Origin: Promethearchaeota archaeon
GTDB taxonomy: Archaea > Asgardarchaeota > Lokiarchaeia > Sigyniarchaeales > SOKP01
Reading direction: 5' to 3'
NCBI GenBank assembly: GCA_048941285.1
Contig: JBHLNS010000009.1
Span: 1-64,000, forward strand
Length of the DNA stretch: 64,000 nt
Shown in pieces: positions 47,718 through 58,086 of this stretch; position 1 is the stretch's first letter, and every line of letters starts with the position of its first letter. Position numbers and translations under genes: made by a program. Under the pieces are notes generated by a model. It had not been told where the DNA came from. It made no database searches and saw only the letters and a program-made list of their open reading frames with translations.

Positions 47718-47824
47718 GGGCTATTGGCGCAGGCAGGTAGCGCAGCAGGCTTTTAACCTGACATTTATGGGAAGATCTCCCATAAAAAGAAAGGTCGGGG
47801 GTTCAATTCCCCTATAGCCCGCCA
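47718..47824 (+). tRNA. tRNA-Lys(TTT) with a 30-nt intron at about 44/45 (47763-47792) and encoded CCA
   Basis: Acceptor GGGCTAT/ATAGCCC then GCCA; anticodon CAGG-CTTTTAA-CCTG; intron hairpin TTTATGGGA/TCCCATAAA; T-loop TTCAATT. Confidence 0.88.
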
Positions 47825-47939
47825 TTGTTCACCTTATTATATATAAATTTGATTTTAAAAAGATAACTAGAGTTTAAGAAAAATTTATGAGATCTTTAAA
47901 TTTATAATTAATAAAAAAAACCCTTCATAACAATACCAT

Positions 47940-48944
47940 ATGGAAAATTTAGAATTTAAGCTTCCATCCGATGAACCTGAGCAGTTATTAGTTAAATCTC
48001 AGGATGATACAAACCCAGATTATGGATGTGAACCAAATAAAAGAAGTATTGAAGCACTTCTACAATACGGTGTGATAAATCTAGACAAACCTAGTGGCCC
48101 TACTAGCCATGAAGTTGTCTCATGGGTTCGTAAAATTTTGAATATATCAAGCGCAGGTCATGGAGGAACGCTCGATCCTAAGGTTACTGGTGTATTACCA
48201 TGTGCTTTAGGAAATGCAACTCGTGTATTATCCGCATTATTAAGTGCTGGTAAAGAATATGTTGGGGTAATGTATTTACATACGTCAGAAAAACAAGAAA
48301 GGATAGAAAAAGTATTTAAATTATTTACTGGAAAAATTTATCAAAGGCCTCCATTGAAGTCATCAGTCGTTAGAAAGCTAAGGATAAGAGAGGTATATTA
48401 TTGTGAAGCTATCGAGGTTGAGAAGAATTATGTTTTATTTAGAATTGGATGTGAAGCTGGAACTTACGTCAGAAAATTTTGCTTTGATATAGGAGAAGCT
48501 CTCTGTTCAGGAGCTCATATGCTCGAGCTTAGAAGAACTAGAGTTGGGAATTTCAAAGAAAATGACAACCTTACATCGCTACAGAATTTAAAGGATGCAT
48601 ATACAATTTATCAACTAGAAGAAAATGAGTATTATTTGAAAAAAATAATCTATCCCATGGAAAAGATGGTATCCCATTTGCCAAAAATTTATGTTAGGGA
48701 CACTGCGGTCGACGCATTATGCCATGGAGCAGATTTGGCATCCGCTGGTATTTGTTATATTGATGCTAGAATAAAAAAGAATATGTTAATAGCATACATG
48801 ACTTTAAAAAAAGAGTTAGTTGGATTTGGGACAACATTAAAGGATGCTTTACAAATTTATAAAGCGAAATCAGGAATTTTAGCAAAAACCAATAAAATTT
48901 TTATGGAAAGAGGAATATATCCGCGATGGAAGGAGAAAAAATAA
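47940..48944 (+). CDS. cbf5: H/ACA RNA-guided pseudouridine synthase Cbf5
   Basis: INLDKPSGPTSHEV, GHGGTLDPKVTG, IYQRPPLKSSV, CEAGTYVR, PUA domain. Confidence 0.96.
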   Translation: MENLEFKLPSDEPEQLLVKSQDDTNPDYGCEPNKRSIEALLQYGVINLDKPSGPTSHEVVSWVRKILNISSAGHGGTLDPKVTGVLPCALGNATRVLSALLSAGKEYVGVMYLHTSEKQERIEKVFKLFTGKIYQRPPLKSSVVRKLRIREVYYCEAIEVEKNYVLFRIGCEAGTYVRKFCFDIGEALCSGAHMLELRRTRVGNFKENDNLTSLQNLKDAYTIYQLEENEYYLKKIIYPMEKMVSHLPKIYVRDTAVDALCHGADLASAGICYIDARIKKNMLIAYMTLKKELVGFGTTLKDALQIYKAKSGILAKTNKIFMERGIYPRWKEKK

Positions 48945-48963
48945 AATATTCTAAATTTATATC

Positions 48964-49593
48964 ATGGCTGAAAAGAAAAATCATTATTTCAGTAAATTTC
49001 CCGATGTTAATGTAAAAATTTATACAATATCTGAAAGTTTAAGAAGGCATCTTTTTATTTTTAAGACTGTAACTGGAGTTTTTTCTTTTAATAATATCGA
49101 TCTTGGAACCAGAGTTTTAATAAACAATATGTATATTCCACAAGATCCTTCTGTTTTGCTTGATTTAGGTTGTGGTTATGGGGTAATAGGTATCGTTTTA
49201 GGCTATGAATCACCTCATAGTTCTGTTTATTTAATAGATATTAATAAGCGAGCGATCTGGTGTGCTAAAGAGAACATCAAGATAAATTTGCCAGATCAAA
49301 CTAAAAAGGTTGTTGCTTTATCTGGAAATTATTTCAGCCCCATTCAAAATAAGAATATAAAATTTGATGGAATTTATATGAATCCTCCATTACGTCAGGG
49401 AAGGAAAGAATTTCTAAATCTTTTAAATGATATTCAAAATTATCTAAAAAAAAATGCTTCTTTTCAATTTGTAATAAGAAAAAAAATGGGAGCTCCTTAT
49501 ATTTTAAAATATTTTAAAGATACCTATCCAAATGAAAAGATTGAGATTCTATGCAAACGAAGTGGATATTGGGTTTTTAGATGTTTTCATTAA
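48964..49593 (+). CDS. RsmC-like class I SAM methyltransferase
   Basis: HYFS, GVFS..IDLGTRVL, LDLGCGYG, DINKRA, NPPLRQG. Confidence 0.88.
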   Translation: MAEKKNHYFSKFPDVNVKIYTISESLRRHLFIFKTVTGVFSFNNIDLGTRVLINNMYIPQDPSVLLDLGCGYGVIGIVLGYESPHSSVYLIDINKRAIWCAKENIKINLPDQTKKVVALSGNYFSPIQNKNIKFDGIYMNPPLRQGRKEFLNLLNDIQNYLKKNASFQFVIRKKMGAPYILKYFKDTYPNEKIEILCKRSGYWVFRCFH

Positions 49594-49707
49594 TGATAAT
49601 TTAATAAAAACCTCGTTTGTTTTAAGAAAATAAACGAAAAAATGGAAAAATTTTTTAGATTAGTATCATTTGAATATTTATAATTCGTAAAAACAGAGGA
49701 TTTTTCC

Positions 49708-49965
49708 TTGACTAAAAAGAAACAGATTGATGTTTTACTCCATAAATTCGTTCCTAAACATGTACTTTTAACTAAAGAAGAATCGCAAAATCTTCTAGAA
49801 AAGTTCCGCATTGAAGTAAATGACCTACCTCAAATATTTGAAAAAGATCCAGTTGCAATTGCTATCGGGGCAAAAGAAGGAGATATCATAAAAATAATAA
49901 GAGATTCCGAGACAACGGTTAAATCAGTAAATTATTATAGATATGTAAAAAAGGAAAAAGCTTAA
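49708..49965 (+). CDS. rpo5: RNA polymerase subunit Rpo5 (H)
   Basis: HKFVPKHVLL, LPQI..KDPV, GDIIKIIRDS.T, YYRYV. Confidence 0.96.
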   Translation: MTKKKQIDVLLHKFVPKHVLLTKEESQNLLEKFRIEVNDLPQIFEKDPVAIAIGAKEGDIIKIIRDSETTVKSVNYYRYVKKEKA

Positions 49966-50009
49966 TATTATTTTTTATTGAAAAAAAAATTAGTAGGGTT
50001 TATTGTATT

Positions 50010-53000
50010 TTGAGTTCTGAAAAATTATCAAATGAAGATAAATGGGTTATTTTAAAGAGTTTATTTGATGAAAAGGGATTAGTACGTCAACATTTAGATT
50101 CTTATAATAATTTCATTGAATATGAAATGCAGACAATAGTAGATGAATCTGGCGAAGTAATTCCCGATATACCTGGTTTTAAGATAAAATTTGGAAAAAT
50201 TAAAGTGGGAGTACCTAAAGTTAGAGAAGCTGATGGTGCTACTATGGAAATCACTCCAATAGAAGCAAGAATTAGAGAACTTAGTTATGCTGCCGATATT
50301 GCGCTGGAAATGACTCCAATAACTATTGATGAGCGAACTCAGAGAGAAGAAGCTGAGGAAACTCTTGACATTTATATAGGCAAAATTCCTATAATGCTTA
50401 AAAGTTGTCGATGTCCATTAGAAAGTCTCTCTGAGCCTGAATTAATCAATAGGGGGGAAGATCCTTTAGATCCAGGAGGATATTTCATAATAAACGGAAC
50501 TGAGCGCGTTCTCGTTACACAAGAAGATTTAGCGCCAAATAGAATTCTTGCTGAGGAAGCCAGTAGAAGTTCCAGTGCAACTCATCAAGCTAAAGTTTTT
50601 TCAACAAGAAGTGGATTCCGTGCACCTGTAACAATTGAAAGGAAAAAAGATGGAAATTTAAGAGTTTCTTTTCCTTCAGTTCCAGGTAAAATTCCGTTGG
50701 CAATTCTTATGAGATCTTTAGGATTACATTCAGATCGAGAGATTTTTGAAGCAATATCTGAAAATGATGAAATCCAGAAAGAATTAATACCTGTGATAGA
50801 TGTAGCATCAGAGATCCAAGTTTTAAAAGATCCCGAAAAATCACAACAAAATGCACTTGATTATATAGGAAAGAGAGTTGCAATTGGACAAACTAAAGAT
50901 TATCGTATTAGAAGAGCACTTCAAGTCTTAGATAGATATCTTTTACCTCATATAGGGAATGCGGAAGAAGATAGAATCAAAAAAGCTTATTATTTAGGAC
51001 AGATGGCGCAAAAAGTAATGGAACTTGCTTTGGGATTAAGAGAGCCAGATGATAAAGATCATTATGCTAATAAAAGACTAAAGTTGGCAGGAGAATTATT
51101 TACTTCGTTGTTTAGAGTTGCTTTTTTAAATCTTGTTAAAGATATTAAATATCAATTAGAAAGAACTGCTGTTAGAGGAAGAGCTCCGAATATAAAAACC
51201 GCTGTCAGAGCAGACGTCATAACTGAAAGAATAAGGCATGCATTAGCTACTGGGAACTGGGTTGGTGGAAAAGCTGGGGTTAGCCAACTTTTAAATAGAA
51301 CTAATCATGTTGGAACTTTGAGCCATTTGAGGCGAGTAATATCACCATTAAGTCGCAGTCAACCTCACTTTGAAGCTAGAGATTTACATCCAACTCAATG
51401 GGGAAAAATCTGTCCCGCAGAAACTCCTGAAGGCCCGAATTGTGGCTTAGTTAAGAATTTAGGATTAGCCTCAATAATCTCTGTTGGCACTGATGAGAGA
51501 ATTATTGAAAATATCTTAATTGATTTAGGAGTGATTCCAATAAACGAAGTTAAAAATGTGAGAGGAGAAAAGGTAAAAGTCTTTTTGAACGGGAAATTAG
51601 TAGGTATACATCAACAGCATAATCCATTTATACGACAACTAAGAGAAAAAAGAAGAAAAGGAGAAATTGGGCAACATGTTAATATTGGATATTATCATGA
51701 TTCAAAAGAAATTCAAATCAATTGTGATGCAGGAAGGGCTACCAGACCTTTATTTGTTCTAAGAAATAACAATTTACTTGTTTCAAAAGAAGATATTGAA
51801 AAACTCAGACAGAATAAATTTATTTGGTCAGATTTAGTTCAAAAAGGTGTTATTGAATATTTAGATGCTGAAGAAGAAGAAAATGCTTATATAGCAATGT
51901 TTGAAGAAGATATAACACCCGAACATACTCATTTAGAGATATCACCTGCAGCAATTTTAGGGATTTGCGCTTCAATTATTCCATTTCCAGAACATAACCA
52001 ATCTCCTAGAAATACTTATGAAGCAGGAATGGTAAAACAAGCATTAGGTTTATTTGCTGCAAACATGCATCTAAGATTAGACACTCGAGGGCATACCTTA
52101 CATTATCCTCAACAACCTTTAGTAAAAACCAGTCCAATGGAGATCATAGGAATAAATAAAAGACCCGCTGGTCAAAATTTTATCATCGGAATGATGAGTT
52201 TCGAAGGCTTTAACATAGAGGATGCAATAATCATCAATAAGGCATCAATCGAGCGAGGTCTTGCACGAAGCCATTTTTTTAGGACATATGATGCTGAAGA
52301 GAGGAAGTATCCAGGGGGCGAAGTTGATAAATTTGAGATCCCAGAACGCGGTGTAAGGGGATTTAAATCTGCCGAGTCATATAGATTACTTTCTGAAGTC
52401 GATGGAATTATTGAACCAGAAACTCAAGTCAATGGAGGAGATGTATTAATAGGAAGAACATCTCCACCTAGATTTATTAAATCTTATGAAGAATTCGAAT
52501 TAATGCAACCTAATAGACGTGAGACTTCAAAAAATATGCGTCATAATGAACAGGGAATAGTAGATACTGTTATTATTTCAGAAACTGTTGATGGCAATAA
52601 ATTAGTTAAAATAAAAGTCAGAGATTTAAGAATTCCAGAATTAGGAGATAAATTCTCTTCCCGACACGGCCAAAAAGGTGTATTAGGATTAGTTGTTGAA
52701 CAAGCAGATATGCCATATACTTCTTCTGGAGTAATTCCAGATATCATTGTAAATCCACACGCAATGCCCTCTAGAATGACTTTGGGACAACTTTTTGAAG
52801 GCATTAGCGGAAAAATTGCATGTACTACAGGAAAATTAGGAGATGCAACTGCTTTCGAATGGACAGATATTACAAAACTTCAGGAGCAATTAGTTGCAGC
52901 AGGATTTGAATTTAATGGAAGAGAAGTAATGTATAATGGTATCACTGGAGAAAAATATGAAGCAGGAATTTATTGTGCACCAATTTATTATCAAAAATTA

Positions 53001-53381
53001 TATCATTTGGTTGCAGATAAGCTTCATGCTAGAGCAAGGGGACCAGTACAAATATTAACAAGACAACCCACAGAAGGACGTGCTCGAGAGGGAGGCTTAA
53101 GATTTGGAGAAATGGAGAGGGATTGTTTAGTTGGACATGGATCAGCGTTACTCTTAAAAGAACGCCTCTTGGATGAATCTGATCGAACAGTAATATTAGT
53201 ATGTGAAAAATGTGGACTTCTTGCTGTTTATGATAGAAACAGAGATAAACGTTATTGCCCAGTTTGTGGAGAAGGAACTATTATTTCCAAGGTTGTCTGT
53301 TCTTACGCTTTTAAATTGCTCTTACAAGAAATGATGAGTCTGGGATTAGCGCCTCGTTTAAAATTGAAAGAAAAAATCTAA
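50010..53381 (+). CDS. rpo2: RNA polymerase subunit Rpo2 (B), unsplit
   Basis: GLVRQHLDSYN, GGYFIINGTERV, ETPEGPNCGLVKN, HNQSPRN, GDKFSSRHGQKG, GGLRFGEMERD. Confidence 0.98.
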   Translation: MSSEKLSNEDKWVILKSLFDEKGLVRQHLDSYNNFIEYEMQTIVDESGEVIPDIPGFKIKFGKIKVGVPKVREADGATMEITPIEARIRELSYAADIALEMTPITIDERTQREEAEETLDIYIGKIPIMLKSCRCPLESLSEPELINRGEDPLDPGGYFIINGTERVLVTQEDLAPNRILAEEASRSSSATHQAKVFSTRSGFRAPVTIERKKDGNLRVSFPSVPGKIPLAILMRSLGLHSDREIFEAISENDEIQKELIPVIDVASEIQVLKDPEKSQQNALDYIGKRVAIGQTKDYRIRRALQVLDRYLLPHIGNAEEDRIKKAYYLGQMAQKVMELALGLREPDDKDHYANKRLKLAGELFTSLFRVAFLNLVKDIKYQLERTAVRGRAPNIKTAVRADVITERIRHALATGNWVGGKAGVSQLLNRTNHVGTLSHLRRVISPLSRSQPHFEARDLHPTQWGKICPAETPEGPNCGLVKNLGLASIISVGTDERIIENILIDLGVIPINEVKNVRGEKVKVFLNGKLVGIHQQHNPFIRQLREKRRKGEIGQHVNIGYYHDSKEIQINCDAGRATRPLFVLRNNNLLVSKEDIEKLRQNKFIWSDLVQKGVIEYLDAEEEENAYIAMFEEDITPEHTHLEISPAAILGICASIIPFPEHNQSPRNTYEAGMVKQALGLFAANMHLRLDTRGHTLHYPQQPLVKTSPMEIIGINKRPAGQNFIIGMMSFEGFNIEDAIIINKASIERGLARSHFFRTYDAEERKYPGGEVDKFEIPERGVRGFKSAESYRLLSEVDGIIEPETQVNGGDVLIGRTSPPRFIKSYEEFELMQPNRRETSKNMRHNEQGIVDTVIISETVDGNKLVKIKVRDLRIPELGDKFSSRHGQKGVLGLVVEQADMPYTSSGVIPDIIVNPHAMPSRMTLGQLFEGISGKIACTTGKLGDATAFEWTDITKLQEQLVAAGFEFNGREVMYNGITGEKYEAGIYCAPIYYQKLYHLVADKLHARARGPVQILTRQPTEGRAREGGLRFGEMERDCLVGHGSALLLKERLLDESDRTVILVCEKCGLLAVYDRNRDKRYCPVCGEGTIISKVVCSYAFKLLLQEMMSLGLAPRLKLKEKI

Positions 53382-53523
53382 GAAATCAAATTTGTTTTTT
53401 ATGTCTTATTTTTTAAGTATTAGATATGACTCTTTTAAAATTTCTAATTATCCTAAGATTTTTTTTTTAAAAATAAATTTAGAAAAAAAAATAGGAATTA
53501 ATATTTGTCCAATTTCTTGCTAA

Positions 53524-53940
53524 TTATAATGAAAACCCGAGGAAGCTAGCGAACCCTGGGATTAAAGTGTACAATAGGAATAATATAAACAGCGTCAATA
53601 ATGAAATCCATACAGAACTGTCCCAAGCAACATCAAGAAGAAATTTAACAAGGATCATTATTATTAAAAAGCCAATAATTGGTACTAATAGCATCAAATA
53701 ATTTCCATCGCTCCATGGGATTTGACTGAAAACCGCAAATACTGCGCTAATTGCTCCCAGTACTATTGGAATCACAAGTACAATTATAAAAGCTACTAAG
53801 ATAATTAAAAATTTCTTATCTGAGGCTTTAGTTTTTGAAACTATAACTATAACAGCAATATACATAATCAATGTAACGATAACTGTTGCCAAAATAAGCC
53901 AGATTATAAACCAAAGAGTAGGATCAAGTTGAAATAACAT
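53524..53940 (-). CDS. Hypothetical multi-pass membrane protein
   Basis: Four hydrophobic segments; SD GGAG upstream. Confidence 0.75.
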   Translation of the reverse strand: MLFQLDPTLWFIIWLILATVIVTLIMYIAVIVIVSKTKASDKKFLIILVAFIIVLVIPIVLGAISAVFAVFSQIPWSDGNYLMLLVPIIGFLIIMILVKFLLDVAWDSSVWISLLTLFILFLLYTLIPGFASFLGFSL

Positions 53941-54117
53941 TTTATTCTCCTTTTTTTCTATTTAATTGAAGAAATTGTGATTATTAGAGGAAAAATTTTC
54001 TTCTTTTTTAAATATTGACAAAACCAATTCTATTTCAAAACTGATAGGAAGTAAACAAAAATTTCTAAAACTTCTAAGAAAATTGATAATTTCAAGTAAA
54101 TTTATTGATTTTATGAT

Positions 54118-54318
54118 TCATAATCCATATGAAAGCAATAAAAAGTGAAAGGCGAATGCTAAAAATACAGCAGAAATCACAGCGGTAATAATGGATAACT
54201 TAATTGATATCTCTCTCCCATACTTGGTATATATGATTAAAATTGTTAATGAAATTATTCCTATAATAAGAAAAAACCACGCTAAGACCCATATTGTTAG
54301 AGATGGAACAACAGCCAT
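54118..54318 (-). CDS. Small two-TM membrane protein
   Basis: Two hydrophobic segments around KYGRE. Confidence 0.6.
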   Translation of the reverse strand: MAVVPSLTIWVLAWFFLIIGIISLTILIIYTKYGREISIKLSIITAVISAVFLAFAFHFLLLSYGL

Positions 54319-54460
54319 ATTCCGTACATCAAAATTTTTTTATAATCTGTATTTTTAGATATGTTTTATTTTTTTTTAATTTTATTAATGAAAAAAATTT
54401 ATAATTATAATCTTTTGATATTTATTAGATAAAATTAGAAATAAATAAAAAGAAACTTAA

Positions 54461-55255
54461 ATGGATAATAAAATGCACTTTCTAAGAAAAATTATTCAAA
54501 CCCCAATTCTGGATGATCCTGCTAATAATTATAAGGAAATTCATCGGCACTTTTATAGGTATTCGAGAGGAGATTTTATAGGCCCTGCTTTGAAAATAAG
54601 CCAAACTAAGACAAAATTCACACTGAAAGGTAGTCATGAGTATGAGGATTTGATCCAAGAATTAGTTGTAAATGGAATTTCAAATCCTAATGATAAATTT
54701 GAAATTAAAGGAAGATTAATCACTGGGGAAGATATTCATGATGAAATTATTAAATTAGGATTTAATTGGGATCTTAAGCAATCTACAGGTCAAACAAAAA
54801 ACTTTAAGGTGGATATTATTGATAAAGCAAATAAAGAGTCATTATTACAGGGTATTGAAGCTTTTCGGGAAACCAGTTATTTTCTAATATCTTTCAATGT
54901 AAACCCAGCTTGCAAGGTATCAACTAATAAAAATATCCCTCAACCTTCTAAAAAAAAAGTTGAAGAAGATGATGTAAATAAAAGGATTCAATTTTGTACT
55001 GGATATCTTAATAATACTGATAAAAATCTAAATAATATAATAGATAATGCATTATATGATTTTAAATCTGATTTTCCAAAAAACTGGAAATCACTCATTA
55101 TTTTTAACAATTATAAAATAACTGATATTGAAATCCCTAAAAAAGTTTCAAATTCAAGATTGTTAAGAATAATGGCAATAAGAAAAGGCAAGCTGTTTCG
55201 TATTCTTGATATTGATGGTGAAATTATAGAAAAACAATATTCAATTGTCGTTTAA
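54461..55255 (+). CDS. Hypothetical protein
   Basis: 264-aa ORF; HRHFYRYSRGDF and C-terminal RKGK; function not recognised. Confidence 0.75.
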   Translation: MDNKMHFLRKIIQTPILDDPANNYKEIHRHFYRYSRGDFIGPALKISQTKTKFTLKGSHEYEDLIQELVVNGISNPNDKFEIKGRLITGEDIHDEIIKLGFNWDLKQSTGQTKNFKVDIIDKANKESLLQGIEAFRETSYFLISFNVNPACKVSTNKNIPQPSKKKVEEDDVNKRIQFCTGYLNNTDKNLNNIIDNALYDFKSDFPKNWKSLIIFNNYKITDIEIPKKVSNSRLLRIMAIRKGKLFRILDIDGEIIEKQYSIVV

Positions 55256-55381
55256 ATATTAATTTCAAATTTTTCTCATAGGAATTTTCAAAAAAATTTA
55301 ACTTTTATAAATTATTTATCTATTAAATTTAAATTGATTAAATGAACGAGGCTAAGTCATATTAAAGAACTGAATCCTTAC

Positions 55382-55936
55382 TTGCGATCTTTTTTATATA
55401 TTATTGGTGGTGAGATTGCCATATATGTTGGTGTAGAACTTCTAAAATCTGAAGCAGAAGATATTACTGATGAAGACATAACTGAAAGCATAAAACAGAG
55501 TATTGAAGGTACAGACATCGATTTCGAACCAGATGATTCCGAAATCTTAAAATTAAATACTGTTCGTAAAACACTTTATAAATTATATTCTGAAAAGCTT
55601 GCTCAATTTAGACGCATAAGAGATAAATCTACAGGATGGTTTATCTATTATTGGTGGCATGAATTCGATTTGCTTGAAGAAATTCTTCTTGAGAAAAAGA
55701 AATTGATTGAGAGTAAATTAAGAGATAGATTAGACTTCGAACAAACTAATTATTTCTTTATTTGTAATAATTGCCAAGATTCAAATATGAAATATAATTT
55801 TGATGAAGCTTTTGAACTTAATTTTAGATGTCCTGATTGTGGGGGCCCACTTGAAGCTCAAGATAATCAAACGATCATTGAATTTTTGAAGGAAAAAATT
55901 GGTCAAATTCAAAATACACAAATTTCAATTGAATAA
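55382..55936 (+). CDS. tfe: Transcription factor E alpha
   Basis: TDEDI..KLNTVRKTLYKLY, RIRDKSTGWFIYYW, FICNNC, FRCPDCG; the true start may lie a few codons upstream. Confidence 0.92.
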   Translation: MRSFLYIIGGEIAIYVGVELLKSEAEDITDEDITESIKQSIEGTDIDFEPDDSEILKLNTVRKTLYKLYSEKLAQFRRIRDKSTGWFIYYWWHEFDLLEEILLEKKKLIESKLRDRLDFEQTNYFFICNNCQDSNMKYNFDEAFELNFRCPDCGGPLEAQDNQTIIEFLKEKIGQIQNTQISIE

Positions 55937-56026
55937 ATAAATTCGCATTTATTACTAAAAATAGTGTTTACAATAAGGTTTTTTTAGCTGGAATATTATC
56001 TATTTTAAAATTTAATCTATATCCAT

Positions 56027-58069
56027 ATGAAAGGAAAACATTCTTTTAGCAAATCTAGATTTGGCACATGCTCAAAAGATTGTTATGGTTCATGCGTTTT
56101 TAAGGGATATTGGGACGATGAGGCATTAGAGCATAAATTTTTAATAGCTGTTCCGTTGAAGAAGCATCCGTTTACGAATGGATTTTTTTGCCCTAAATTT
56201 AAACAAAGAGAGAATTTATTGTATCATCAAGCGCGATTGAGAACTCCATTAATCCGAACCGGCCCCAAATCAGAAAATCTATTCCGAAAAATTTCTTTAG
56301 AGGAAGCAATCGATCATATTGCTGGAATAATAAAAAAAGTTTGTAAAAATGATAATAATAGGTCTATTTTAGCAGCTTTTTATTCGGGGAACTCTGGTAT
56401 TATATCCCAGTTTGCACCAATAAGATTCTTCGAGACTTTAGGTGCAACAATTACAAGCGGTGGGATATGCAATGAAGGAGGTTGCGCGGGTCTTAAGGAG
56501 CTATTTGGTACATACTCTACTACAAACCCTTTTCAAATAACAAATCCTTCTACTAAATTAATAGTAAATTGGGGTAGTAATATATCAGAGAGTAATAACC
56601 ATGCTTATTATTTAGTAAAAAAAGCATTAAGAAATGGGTCAAAACTTGTGGTCGTAGATTCGCGAAATACAGTTGTTGCAGAAAAAGCTAGTTTATTTCT
56701 TCACATCTTTCCAGGTACTGAACATTTGTTAGTTAAGTTAATAATTAATGAATTAATAGCTTGTAATGTCCATGATATAAATTTTTTAGATGAATATTGT
56801 GAAGCTTATTCATCAATTTTTCAGGAAGTGGCTAAGGTTAATAGAGAGAAACTTTTAAGGTATATAGGAATTGATATTAAGGCATTCCGGAATTTTATTG
56901 AATTATTAATAAAATTCAAACACCATACTTTATTCAATATAGGATATGGTGTTCAGAAAGATTTTTTTGGCGGAAAAATAGTTAAGAGTATTGCCTTAAT
57001 TCAGGTTATCCTGGGAAATATAGGAAAATCTGGTACGGGAATCATATATTCTCAGAGTGATTTTATAAAACCACTAATTCAACCACTTCAAGAGTATATA
57101 ACTAATATAAGAGGTGAAGCAAACCTCAAAAAAATTCCTTTAATTAAGCTTGGTTCTTTTTTATCCTCAAGGGATTATCAGTTGTTATTTATTTATAATT
57201 TCAATCCAGCAAGTTCACTACCTAATCAAAATCTATTAAGAAAAGCATTATTGAGAGAAGATTTATTTGTAATAGTATTAGACATGTTTCTTAATGAAAC
57301 CACTAAGTATGCAGATATTGTCATCCCCGCTAAATTTGATTTAGAGTCATATGATTTATTTTCTCCCTATTATATACCCGGTTTATCAATAAATATCGGA
57401 GGTCCGTGTCCATATCGGGAATGTGTGTCTAACTATGAGTTCTTTCAAAAATTGGCGGTGGCAATTGGTCTCGATTCAATGCAAGTTTTTCAAGAATCAC
57501 AAGAAACAATTTTTAAAAATAGTCTAGAAATGCTACCTCCAGAAGTACAAGAAGATCTTAATTCTGCAGGTTATTTTTTATTATTTGATAATGATTCAAT
57601 TCCTTTCAATGACTTAAAATGGCCTACTCCTAATGGTAAAATTCAAACAGTTGGCCCACATTTTGGATTTGGAGAAGAGGAACAAAAATGTAAATTAAAT
57701 TTGAAAAAAAATGAGCTTTTACTCATCTCTCCTTCTCATTCTTATTTTTTACATTCTCAATTAGGAGAATTAAATAAAAAATACTTAAATGATTTTAATA
57801 AAATATTTTTAGCACCAAAAGATATTAAAATTTTGGATTTAAAAGTTGGATGCAAAGTCCATATTTCTAATAAATATGGATCCGGGATATATATCTTAAC
57901 GCAATCTTCAATTTTGAAGCCTAAGACCGCATTAATATATTCTGGGTTATCTTCAAATTTGGAGAACACCCCCAATGTTAATTATTTTATCCCTGAAAGA
58001 CCAGAACAATTAGGTTTTTCGGGAGCATACAATTCTGCAATCATCAAAGTAAAAAAATTTGATTCCTAA
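56027..58069 (+). CDS. Molybdopterin-dependent oxidoreductase, catalytic subunit
   Basis: CSKDCYGSC..FCPK Fe-S motif, RLRTPLIR, WGSN, NPASSLPNQ, ETTKYADIVIPA. Confidence 0.88.
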   Translation: MKGKHSFSKSRFGTCSKDCYGSCVFKGYWDDEALEHKFLIAVPLKKHPFTNGFFCPKFKQRENLLYHQARLRTPLIRTGPKSENLFRKISLEEAIDHIAGIIKKVCKNDNNRSILAAFYSGNSGIISQFAPIRFFETLGATITSGGICNEGGCAGLKELFGTYSTTNPFQITNPSTKLIVNWGSNISESNNHAYYLVKKALRNGSKLVVVDSRNTVVAEKASLFLHIFPGTEHLLVKLIINELIACNVHDINFLDEYCEAYSSIFQEVAKVNREKLLRYIGIDIKAFRNFIELLIKFKHHTLFNIGYGVQKDFFGGKIVKSIALIQVILGNIGKSGTGIIYSQSDFIKPLIQPLQEYITNIRGEANLKKIPLIKLGSFLSSRDYQLLFIYNFNPASSLPNQNLLRKALLREDLFVIVLDMFLNETTKYADIVIPAKFDLESYDLFSPYYIPGLSINIGGPCPYRECVSNYEFFQKLAVAIGLDSMQVFQESQETIFKNSLEMLPPEVQEDLNSAGYFLLFDNDSIPFNDLKWPTPNGKIQTVGPHFGFGEEEQKCKLNLKKNELLLISPSHSYFLHSQLGELNKKYLNDFNKIFLAPKDIKILDLKVGCKVHISNKYGSGIYILTQSSILKPKTALIYSGLSSNLENTPNVNYFIPERPEQLGFSGAYNSAIIKVKKFDS

Positions 58070-58086
58070 TTTAAGTTAAATTCAAT

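Noticed and set aside
47940-48944. Possible intron in cbf5, the known archaeal mRNA-intron gene
   Set aside because: The ORF is continuous through DKPSGPTSH and GHGGTLDP with no insertion.
55480-55560. Acidic insertion in TFE containing hairpin GATTTCG/CGAAATC as a possible in-frame intron
   Set aside because: No central 4-bp helix forms (AGAC versus TTAA) and there is no stop codon; more likely a protein loop.
56027-58069. Selenocysteine recoding in the molybdopterin enzyme
   Set aside because: No in-frame TGA; the likely Mo-ligand position is Cys (GGICNEGG).
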